The notes beneath the pieces were generated by a model. It was given only the letters and a program-made list of their open reading frames with translations, did no database searches and was not told where the DNA came from. A stretch of 63,126 bases of DNA, counting the filler, from Porpidia crustulata (taxonomy: Eukaryota): assembly GCA_964255105.1 (NCBI GenBank). It is 4 parts of 4 records of this genome, joined end to end, with 100 filler letters (N's around TTAATTAATTAA, not from the genome) between each part and the next. Parts side by side here need not be neighbours in the genome. Positions count along the whole stretch, not along the records: positions 1 to 15,739 come from CAXUWE010000284.1; positions 15,840 to 31,561 come from CAXUWE010000285.1; 2 more parts are not named here. One strand, written 5' to 3'. Shown here one piece after another: positions 13,401-23,567 of the stretch. Numbering within the stretch: position 1 is the stretch's first letter; each line of letters opens with the position of its first letter. The position numbers and the translations under genes were made by a program.

Positions 13401-15276
13401 AAACTGGCTGGGTCCCGGTTCCAGGGTAGCGAGAGCTTTGCTCGAAGCATTGGCTACGCTCAACAGCAGGACCTTCATCTTGCATCAAGCACCGTCAGAG
13501 AAGCCTTGCAATTTAGTGCTTTGTTACGGCAACCGCAAAAGTACTCAGCCGCTGAGAAAATTGCGTACGTCGAGGAGGTCATCCACACGCTGGATATGGA
13601 TGAATTTGCTGACGCTATTGTTGGTATACCCGGTGAAGGTAAATCGTTCTCGCACATTTCCCTGGCGATCTCTAACCATATAAGGTCTTAACGTTGAACA
13701 ACGCAAGAGGTTGACCATAGGCGTGGAACTTGCTGCCAGGCCGGAATTGCTACTATTCCTTGACGAACCAACCTCAGGTCTAGATAGCGACACGGCTTGG
13801 TCGGTGTGTACACTACTAAGAAAGCTTGCCGATCAAGGACAATCAATACTGTGCACAATCCATCAACCATCCGGCATACTGTTCGAGATGTTCGACCAAC
13901 TACTATTCTTGTCCCAAGGTAGGTCTCTTTACTTTGGGGACATCGGACCGCAGTCGCGATCCATAATCCAGTATTTTGAGAGAGGTGGTGTAAGGCCGTG
14001 TGGTGTTAATGAGAATCCTGCGGAGTGGCTATTAGAAGTCACAAACGGCTCCAATCCTGACTGGGCTACCGTATGGCAGAAATCAGATGAGCGGCGCAGC
14101 ATCAGTAACAATCTAGAAGAGATGAAGCGCATCCTTACAGAATCAGTACCGACTGAGCATGATTTTGATACTTCGGGCGAGTTCGCTACTAGTTTTACGA
14201 GTCAGCTGTTGCTGGTGACACGTAGAACGCTAGAGAATGACTGGCGGACTCCAGCCTATCTCTATAGTAAACTGCTACTGGTACTGGGGATGGTGAGTCG
14301 TAACCTTGCTCGTATTGCAACCGAGATATGCTAAGGTCCTCCCTAGGGGCTCTTCAACGGCTTCTCCTTCTATCACTCAGAGAACAGTCTACAAGGCGTC
14401 CAGAATCAGCTATTCTCGGTATTCATGCTAATGACAGCTTTCGGTAATATAGTGCAACTGATCATGCCTCAATTCCTGGCAAATCGTACCATATACGAAG
14501 CTCGAGAACGACCGTCTCGGACGTATTCGTGGAAGGTATTCATCCTGTCGAACATCATCGCAGAAATACCTTGGCAAACCGTACTTGCTGTAGTATTTTA
14601 TCTCACGTGGTATTATCCGTTGGGGATATATCGCAACACTGGACTTGAGAGCCGAGATGGATTGATTTTCTTACTCATATGGTCCTTTATGCTATTCTGT
14701 TCGAGCTTTTCGCAGATAATTGGGACCATCATGCCAGATGCCGCAACGGGAGTCAATATTGCCTCGCTTTTGTTCTCCCTTTCGTTAATTTTCTGCGGGT
14801 AAGTGAAACCACACATCCCCCATAAAAATAACCACATCAAGCTGATAGTTCTGGCTGTCTCCAGAGTCCTTGTAAGTCCTACCGCCTTGCCTGGCTTTTG
14901 GATATTTATGTATCGCGCAACGCCAGTCACCTACCTTGTCAGCGCTATGATCTCAACCGGCATTTCTGGTATGAACATCAATTGCTCTACAAGGGAGCTA
15001 GTGCGGTTCTCCCCCCCCGCACATCAGACTTGCGGCTCCTACCTCGAGGAATACATCGGTTACGCAGGCGGCACTTTGCTGAACCCCGCCGCCACCGGGC
15101 AATGCGAATTCTGTCCCGTCTCGACCACGGACTCGCTTTTGGCCACTCTGGGCATTAGCGTTGCCACCCGGTGGCGAGATTTCGGGATCTCTCTGGTATT
15201 CACCGGGGCGAACATCATTCTCGCGCTTCTGCTCTATTGGATCTTCCGTGTACCGAAAGGGGCGAAGAAGAAATGA
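10444..15276 (+). CDS. Pleiotropic drug resistance (PDR/ABCG) full-size ABC transporter
   Basis: Multi-exon gene; probable first exon 10444-10456 and intron 10457-10511. NBD1 has GRPGSGCTT, LSGGERKR and CWDNSTRGLD. NBD2 has GSSGAGKTT, LNVEQRKRLTIGVEL and LLFLDEPTSGLDS. Two TMD blocks and the C-terminal C..CP..WRDFGI signature are present. Confidence 0.95.
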
Positions 15277-15739
15277 AACCCAGCATTTCTCTCTCAAATG
15301 GCTCACTTGCTTTTGTGTAGCCAGTTGATCAGCTTCCAACGTCTCAAGGATAACTCCAGATCGCACCTGAAAAGGCTACATCTATCTCCATCCCATCAAC
15401 CGCCCTAACGCCCCAAACCCCAAACCACGGAAATCCATCTCCCTAAAAAGTAGAAATACTATAAATCCGGCAAAACCCACAAAAAAAAGCACCAGTTCCC
15501 GAATAAACGATCGTTCCCAACCCTCAATTCCCCCCCTGGTTAACCCTCCCCTGTCACCAAAAAAACAGGCCTACCGCAATACCACGCGCATTCTAACCCA
15601 TCATTCTTCCTCGCACGGAACCGCATCGCCTGCCACGTATGTTAATCAGAACAGCGCTCCATTTCGTCTCCCCTCATGTGGCGGTTTTGGTGTCGGTGGG
15701 GTTTTAGATGATGGCTAGGGGGGTGGGATGATGTAACGG

Positions 15740-15839
15740 NNNNNNNNNNNNNNNNNNNNNNNNNNNNNNNNNNNNNNNNNNNNTTAATTAATTAANNNNN
15801 NNNNNNNNNNNNNNNNNNNNNNNNNNNNNNNNNNNNNNN
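15740..15839. other. Artificial contig-joining spacer (44 N + TTAATTAATTAA + 44 N)
   Basis: Six-frame-stop linker at 15784-15795 inside an N run; identical to the other two spacers. Confidence 0.98.
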
Positions 15840-15974
15840 TACCCATACCCAAAAATTCAACAGCAATAATTGAAAAAAACGCAACCAGGGTATCATCCCC
15901 ATCCTCATCCCCCATTCTCTCCCATCTCATCACACGCCGGCCTCTTCTGCATTTTCCTGCCGAACACGCAGCAA

Positions 15975-17724
15975 TCAAGAGCTGAAAGGCGTCGGATCCT
16001 CGCCTTCCTTCATGACCTGCCCAATCACATGATCCCGCGGCGAGACCATATCGCGTTCCGGTACTCCGCCAGGTAGGTCCTCGGTGTTTACGTGCTGGAC
16101 GCCGCGGGTGATTCCGTCCACGGACGCCTCTTGTCCGTCGACGATGCCGGAAGGATTCTCGGGATCGTGTGGGGGTGCATCCGGCAGCGGGATGTGCTCC
16201 TCGCCTTTCGGCCCGTGCGCTTTGACGCCGACGGACTCGTCTTCTTCGGCTTCGGTTGGTTTGGCGCTCTTGACGCTGCCGGCCTTGCTGTGGCCTCCGC
16301 TATGCGGGCTTTCTGTCCGTAGACCCAGAGTTTTTTGAAGGGCTGAGTTGACGTGGCTGGCTCCCTTCCAATCCGCCGCCTTGGTCTCCGGCACCGGCTG
16401 GCCCTCCTTGGGCTCCTCGACGATCTTCTGGCCGTCTTCATCAACAGCCCTCCATACAACGCTCAATCGATCCAGGGCCCTCGTTCCCTTCCTCGCACTA
16501 CCCTTAATGCCATCCAGGGCGTCCCAATCAATGTTGAAGACTCCGTTGGGTGTCGCTTCACCGCCGTTTTCGGGGCCAGATCCTTCGAAGTAGGTATTGA
16601 ACCAGACGTGGGCGACGGAGGTGACCATGGTGAAGCCGTAGGCAGCTTTATTTCGACGCTCGAAGGAGAGATTGAGATCAGAGGTGGGAAGAACGACGCG
16701 GGAAGTGGGGCGGAATATTACAGCGGTAGCTGTGGAAGATGTGGTTTTGGGGTTTGGAGGCGAGGTTCGGGAGTGGGAAAGAGGTCTTGATGACGGTGTT
16801 GGGTTGAGGTTGGAGGGAGTGGCTGAGGGCGTGGAATCATTGCTGTTATTTGGTATGAGGATCTCTGTTGATGGAGGCCCGTCCACCACAGTACGTTCGT
16901 CTTTCGAAAAGATGTGGAATGTCTTGATTACCCTTCCTTCGTCTACGTACCCATTCACGGCAATTTTCACGCCATCTCTTAGTCCCCAGACGTGGACTTC
17001 TAACACTTCAACCTGCCTCTCAACGTACAGCTTCTGGTGCTCTGACCATTTCTTCGCATAGCCTACCCATCGAAGTTGACTGGGTATACTCACTCCAGCC
17101 CCGAACCCGGATCGCATACGTCTTGCTGTAAATCTGTTCAGGGCATCGCTTGCGGTCCAGCCCTCCTCACTAATCAAGTAGCTGCAAGCAATCGTCCCAC
17201 TCCTGCCCTTGCCGGCCTTACAGTGTACGACTACTACTCTCCCACCTTTGGAACTCGGTCCTCGGAGCCAATCTCGCATGCTCGCCATGATATTAGGTAT
17301 TAATGCAAAAGGCGGGGGATGATGGTCCGGCCATGGGTAATGTCGTATTCTCTCGTATACTTCGGAGTCTGGATATCCAGTACCCTCGGCACGGAACTCC
17401 CATATTGCCCAGTTGGCACCATGTTTGTAGTTAAGGAATTTGACCAGGGCATCGGTGGGATTGCGATAGGCTCTTTGCGGGTAGGTAGATGATGGACCAG
17501 ACGTAGCAATGACTAGAAGCAGCTCAAATCATTAGCACGAGTCCAGGCCAAGATTAGATAGGATTTCTGTAATTTACTATTATCTGTAACGTAGCAGAGA
17601 TCAAGACCTGCCTCTGGATGTCGTGAACGAGGTCCAGCAACGATTGATCGAAGAATGGAGGCCTCGATTTCTTGTTAAAAACGCCTCGAAATTAAAACCT
17701 TCTCCCTAAGAGAACGCTTACCAT
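15975..17724 (-). CDS. TEP1: PTEN/TEP1 phosphoinositide 3-phosphatase / dual-specificity phosphatase
   Basis: ATG-only first exon (17724-17722), then ASILRSIVAGPRSRHPEAGLDLCYVTDNI, WPDHHPPPF (WPD loop) and catalytic HCKAGKGRSG, followed by a C2-like region with HVWFNTYF. Confidence 0.92.
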
Positions 17725-18027
17725 GTCACCCAATACGCTGTACCAGCGCGTTCCAAAGTAGTTTCAAGCTCAATAGAGTCACCGTGTCAAAACATTCTCC
17801 AATCTTGCAAATTGACTTGCACCCTCTATGTGTATGTGCCTGCGATGTTTTCCAACGACCGTTTTAGATGGGATGGTCTTCCACAGGTACTTAACTTTAT
17901 ATTCAGGGAACATGGAATTGCATAGCTTAAGCACAAGCCTCAATGCACGATTGCGGCAGTACGTCATTCGATTATCAAAAACTGTGGCTCGTGCACACGA
18001 TGCACACTCACACGTGACATTTTATAG

Positions 18028-18066
18028 TACACCCCTAGCTCGGTCAAGCCCCTAGCTAGGGGTGTA
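18028..18066. repeat. Perfect 13-bp inverted repeat (TACACCCCTAGCT / AGCTAGGGGTGTA) in the divergent TEP1-BSP promoter
   Basis: Arms at 18028-18040 and 18054-18066, read directly. Confidence 0.75.
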
Positions 18067-18156
18067 TACGGGTAGTATGATAAGATAAGATCCTGTTGTT
18101 CTCCCTTCGCGACATTCCAATATGCGCAAGAACTCTTTTAAAAAAAAACACCACCA

Positions 18157-19071
18157 ATGCCTTCTCCATCAGACCAATCCCCTAAGCCCTTTCCAACTCC
18201 TCTAGCCATGTCTGCTCTCTCCTCCGAGCCCACACCCTCTCCATTGCCAGTTCGTGGCTGTTCCCCTCAATTTTCTACTCCCGCTTCCATATCACGCCCT
18301 CATCCCAAACACAAGTTTCCAACTCCTAGGCTTCGTCTTGAGATCCAAGATCTCAATCATCCGGGTACAAATGTATTCACGAGCAACACCAACGTCGCAT
18401 CAGCTCTCGCAGCTGCTGTAAGCACCGTGCTCTCGACTCTCTACGAGCCTACTGCAACAAACAGCCATATCCCTCCCACCAGGTCGGTCACACTGATCTT
18501 ACGCGCCATGGAGGGCGTCGCATACACCACCGGCTCGTCTTTGGATGACGATCACAAAGAGATACATTTCTCTCTTGATTACATCAATCAGATTCCATCA
18601 ACGCATCCACAAAGGCAGCGCGATGAGATTCAAGGAGTCTTAGTACATGAGATGGTACATTGCTGGCAATGGAACGCTCTGGGAACAGCACCTGGTGGTT
18701 TGATCGAAGGAATTGCGGATTTCGTGAGGTTAAGAGCAGGGTTAAGCCCACCGCACTGGAAAAGAGAGAGCGGGGGGGATTGGGATTCGGGTTACGAGCG
18801 TACGGGATATTTTCTGGAGTGGTTCGAAGATAAATGGCGCCCGGGCAGCGTGATGGATATCAATGAGGCTCTAAGGGATAGCAAATATATAGAGGGAAAT
18901 TTTTGGAAGAGATTGTTTGGCAAGGACGTGGACAAGTTATGGAAGGATTATGAATCGAGTTTGAAGCGAACAGAACCTAATGATGAGAAGCATAATGATA
19001 AAGACGGCAATGAGGACGACGAAGGAATCCTTGTTGAGCGGGAAGTTGATCCGAAGCCAGCATTGGACTAG
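18157..19071 (+). CDS. BSP (plant basic secretory protein)-family zinc metallopeptidase-like protein
   Basis: Intronless 304 aa ORF with GVAYT, EIHFSLDYI, GVLVHEMVHCWQW (HExxH), GLIEGIADFVRL and WDSGYERTGYFLEW. Confidence 0.88.
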   Translation: MPSPSDQSPKPFPTPLAMSALSSEPTPSPLPVRGCSPQFSTPASISRPHPKHKFPTPRLRLEIQDLNHPGTNVFTSNTNVASALAAAVSTVLSTLYEPTATNSHIPPTRSVTLILRAMEGVAYTTGSSLDDDHKEIHFSLDYINQIPSTHPQRQRDEIQGVLVHEMVHCWQWNALGTAPGGLIEGIADFVRLRAGLSPPHWKRESGGDWDSGYERTGYFLEWFEDKWRPGSVMDINEALRDSKYIEGNFWKRLFGKDVDKLWKDYESSLKRTEPNDEKHNDKDGNEDDEGILVEREVDPKPALD

Positions 19072-20049
19072 GGATATGCATGAGATAAGGAACCTTGAAT
19101 CAATCACCAAATATGGCGAATTAGGAGATTTGAACCCGCAGAGCCTCAATTAAAGTCATTAAGCGAGCGTGAAAACCTTCCCCAGTTAAGCGAGCTTGAC
19201 GTAAAACGTGTCTTCTACATGGTCACATGGTGTAGCTCATTCTGCCAGGTAAGACGAAAGTACCATGTATGTGTGTTTCGCTCGCTGAAGCGCTTCGCGT
19301 GTATCTCGATCGTTTGATCGATGCACTGTAATCTAGAGTAATAATAGTCAGCCCTAGGGTTCGAATTATGAGAGTCAATAATCCCTGGTCGTAATACACT
19401 TTATTCCAGATACTCGGTGTTATGACAAAGTAGAATAATACCCTGATGAGGCATGGTATCGTAGTTTACTGGTTGCCGCGAGCGGCAGAGCCGTGTGGCA
19501 TTATGCCTAATATGGACTAGAAGTGTATAATGTTGACAAGCGAGTGACAAGCTATGCCTTTTCAACTTCTTTACTTCATCGCATCATCCCCAACTCCGCA
19601 GTTTGTCGCGTCCAAACTCACTCACGATCCTTCCATGATACTGAAGTTACAAACCTTGAGCTCACTTGCTACCAAGATTCCAATTGCCCTCCGAATCATC
19701 CGTTAGGAGAGTAAATACTTAAGAAACTTATCGTCCGTCCCCAAATTTCCTTTCTCCCTCATACCAATTGTACAAGTAGATTATACGTGAAACCATTGCT
19801 ATAATTTCGCTCAAGCACAACTACTATCCGATTGTCTAATTAGAAAACCCGCCAACCTGCTGACCAAAAATGGCAGGCACCATCCGAGTCAAGCCCTTGT
19901 GGCTTGTTATTACATTTTGTGTTGTCGCCATAACGAGCGACCCCCTCAAGGTCCTCGGTTGCCTATTGGCAATCGTAGCTTCCCTCTCCCTCCCCAACCC
20001 GCAAGCGTTCTGGTGCGACTTGCAGCTTGCCTTCTGGGCCTTCCTCGAA

Positions 20050-23000
20050 ATGGACTCAAAGGCCTCAGCACTTCTCGCCGCTCTCAAGAGCGGTCATATG
20101 TCCTCGAACTCTGCGCTGGTACAACTGAACGAACTGAAAGGTGACATCAAACATCGCCAAGTTCCACAGCTGGCCGTCATACCTCTATTCCGCCTTGTCG
20201 ACTATGCCGTCTCGTCTTTACACTATGCGGACATAGGATTCTCCATTCTAGGCCACCTAGTCAAGCGGTTGATTCTCCAAGAACAGAAAGAGCTCCTCGT
20301 TGCCCAAGGCCTCAAGATCATCCCTTCCGTCATAAATTCGTTGGGCGACCAGAAAGATCGCATTCGACAAAGGGCCAACCAGGCACTCTCCGAATTCTGG
20401 CATCTTTCTCCTGTGGATGTCGAACATATCATACGAGACACTGCATTGACTAGTGAGATCTCAAAGGTCAAAGAAGCTGGCATGCGATGGATTCTCAAGG
20501 TATGTAATACGCTTCGATGCTCGAACACTGCTAACTCACCAACAGACGAAGAAGGAGCATGAAATGCAATTCAAAAGCTTCATCCCTAGTATCATTGACT
20601 GCCTCAAAGACATTGACAAAAGCGTTCGAGAGACGGCAAAGAACACCATCGTTGGTCTGTTCAAGTAAGATATCTTGCCCAAGTTGTTTCATGTCGTGGA
20701 CAGAACTCACCATCTTTAGGTCTATCACCAATGATCGCGCAAAACTCGATCTACAGAAACGTCTTCAGCAACCTGAGATTGATCAGAGCACCATTGTCTA
20801 CATTCTCACCCAGCTTGGTATTGCCGTCCCTAGAGAACTTGAGCCAGCAAATCCTCCAGTGGCCTCAGCTGCCAAACCACCAACAGTACCTCAGATCACA
20901 TCTCGCAATACATCTCGCACAAGACCACAGCCGATCCCTCAATCCACATCACGAAACACATCTCTTACTAGACCGCGAGCTGTCTCGAATACTACTTCGC
21001 AAAGAATATCGGACGTCCAGCCATCAGCGGCAAAAAGCAAGCCTACCCAAGCCCCGTCTACGAAAAACCCGCAAACTACATCCACTACTCATACTCGAGA
21101 GACCAAAGCGTTTAAGAAGCCAGAAGCCATTACCAAGAGCACTACTAGCGATGAGCCGCCTGCTGTGGCCACCACGTCCGTTGCTGAACGCGAAGCTGAT
21201 CAATTGGAGCCGGTCTACGTGGACACCGCCAGAGATATTGAAGACATCTTCCGCGAGATGCAGCCTCATTTTGAAGGGAAAGAATCCGAGAAAAACTGGA
21301 GTCCACGCGAAAAGAGCGTCATCAAGCTCCGAAGAATTAACAAGGGCAACGCACCAGCTGAACTCACCACAGTCTACCTTGCTGGAATCAAAGGACTTCT
21401 GGATGGCATACTCAAAACCGTCAATTCCCTCCGAACAACAGTATGCAGCAACGGTTGCCATCTCATCCAGGACCTTGCCAGAGTAGCTGGATCTGGACTC
21501 GACAACATGGTCGAGATTCTTCTACAGAATTTGATCAAACTGTGCGCAAACACAAAAAAGATCAGCGCGTCGAACGGAAACACTACCGTCGATGTAATAC
21601 TCGCGAATGTCTCCTACAACATCCGTCTTTTGCAGCATATTTGGAACGCAGTTCAAGACAAAAATGTCCAGCCACGGATTTTCGCTGCTGGATGGCTCAA
21701 AACCATCATGAGCAAACATGGTCAGCGCAAGAATACACTTGAACATGGCGGAGGTACCGACCTTATTGAAAAATGCATCAAAGCTGGCCTTGCCGATCGA
21801 GACAAGAAGGTCCGGGACGATATGCGGCCTACTTACTGGGCATTTGCACGTATATGCCCAGAGAAGTCTGAACAGTAAGCTGCATATGCAATTAACCTTG
21901 TGGCATTTACTAATTGCAATAATAGTATTCTATCTTCGCTGGAGACGAAGCAGCAAGAACTCCTGATTGAGGATTCTTCTAATCCAAACCCGCAGCCTAT
22001 TGCCGCGGTGGTTCTTGATACGTCCTTGGCCAGCAGCTCAGCCCCAGCATTGTCGAGGAGTACCACATCCGTCCCAGCCGCCAGACCTTCTATCAGGGAG
22101 ACAATCGCCGCACAGAAGCGAGCAAAGCTGGCAAGTAGCCGCGCACTGGAAAGACCAGGATCAGCGGACTCTGCTATATTATCACCCAAAACCAAACCAT
22201 CTTTCAGCACCAGCACCAGCAGGCCCGCAACAGCTGTTGGATCGCTGTCCTCCGCTCCAGTACGCCCCTTCAGAATGGCTAAGAAACCTGATGTTGCAAA
22301 GCAAGCGCCAGTTGCTCGATCCACCGCTGCCACTGATGTACCGACTGGCCGCAGCCCATCCAGCCAAAGTCCTTCGGATTCTAACCTCCCCTCCGAACCT
22401 CCAGCTGTGGAAGTTCCAGTTGTTGAAGCCTCCTTCGTGGAAGTTCCAGCCGTAGAAGCTCCCCTCGTGGGTGTTCCGGCTGTAGAAGCTCCCTCTATCG
22501 AAGTTCCAACTGTTGAACCCTCACCAAAAGGAGACCGAGTGGATAAAAATCCTTCCAGGAATCTTTCAGGCATTGAAAGCGGGCCTGAGAAGTCCCTCCA
22601 GGTATACGAGGATCCTACCACCCAACCAGACGAACCGCCCACACAGCATCTTTCACAAGTATCAAAGGTTCTTGAGGAGCTCCCGGTCAACAAGCACAAC
22701 AATATTATACCCGCTTCCACAGAAGAACCAGATACTGCTCCTGGAAAGTTGGTCCACATTGGATCCGTTCAACGGTTGCTCGATAGCGGAATTGTTCGAG
22801 TCCGCGCAAGAACCCTCGATATTCACGGATTTCGAAAACTCCAGAAATTGATCCAGGGCCAAAACGACATCTGGAGCGACGGAACGAAATTTGACCAATT
22901 ATTACTTCCACTACTTGATATCCTTGAAGAATCCATTGAAGAATCAAAGCCAGCAAAAGCTTTGGATTTAAAGACGCAGATCTTGCTCACGATCCAAATC

Positions 23001-23567
23001 ATGTTCAAGTTTCATCCTGGACTTTTCTCTACTTTCCACCCCCGAGCGCTATGTGCCCTGCTCACAGCTCGGAAACACATTCCAAACACGTCCCATATGG
23101 TCCATAATCTCTTCACAATGGCCAAGCTGATCTCGGCAAGATGTCAACCTGACGACTGCGTCGACGCCGTCCTTGATCTATTAGAGACAGAGTCTGGCCG
23201 GATCCACGAATGCAGCACTTTCTTTATGGGGATATCCGTATTGGAATTCCTACTTCACCGATACAATCCCTCCTCCCCTCCAAGCCCCTTGGCACTGGAT
23301 GAGATCGAAGCCAAGAAAAAATACCAATTAACTAATGAGCACGAACTCAGGATGGGGAAGCTAGCTGCACAGTATTTGGCAGACAACAGCTCAGATGTGC
23401 GACGGGCCGTTGTTCACTACATCGTACAATTGCACGACTGCATAAGCGACAAGCCACACTTCTGGAAGTTTATGGGATCGGCGGTGGGAGAGTATCGATC
23501 TTTGGTTACTTACTACATCGCCAAACGGGCAGAAGCGCCGGCGAGCTACAATATCATGGACTACTAG
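20050..23567 (+). CDS. STU1: STU1/CLASP microtubule-associated protein
   Basis: Exons about 20050-20499, 20546-20664, 20720-21874, 21926-23567. HEAT/TOG N-terminus, CLASP_N core (FEGKESEKNWSPRE, SLRTTVCSNGC, VQDKNVQPRIFA) and C-terminal LLDSGIVRVRARTLDIHGFRKLQ. Confidence 0.9.
22401..22520 (+). repeat. Coding tandem repeat in the STU1 linker (about 15/30-nt unit; PAVEV-PVVEA-SFVEV-PAVEA-PLVGV-PAVEA-PSIEV-PTVEP)
   Basis: Repeated gtggaagttcca / gtagaagctccc units visible in DNA and protein. Confidence 0.8.

Noticed and set aside
15784..15795. TTAATTAATTAA palindrome recurring three times at about 15.8-kb spacing
   Set aside because: Embedded in N runs; an artificial six-frame-stop linker, not a biological repeat.
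17295..17325. Apparent frameshift in PTEN near WPDHH
   Set aside because: Recounting the G run (five G) gives the in-frame WPDHHPPPFALIPNIM; the gene is intact.
19870..20049. Hydrophobic 60-aa N-terminal extension of STU1 from ATG 19870
   Set aside because: CLASP similarity starts at MDSKA (20050) and Stu1 is not a membrane protein; likely 5' UTR, though not excluded.
21833..22759. 308-aa antisense ORF inside STU1
   Set aside because: Mirror of a Ser/Pro/Ala-rich, repeat-containing sense exon; no motifs of its own.
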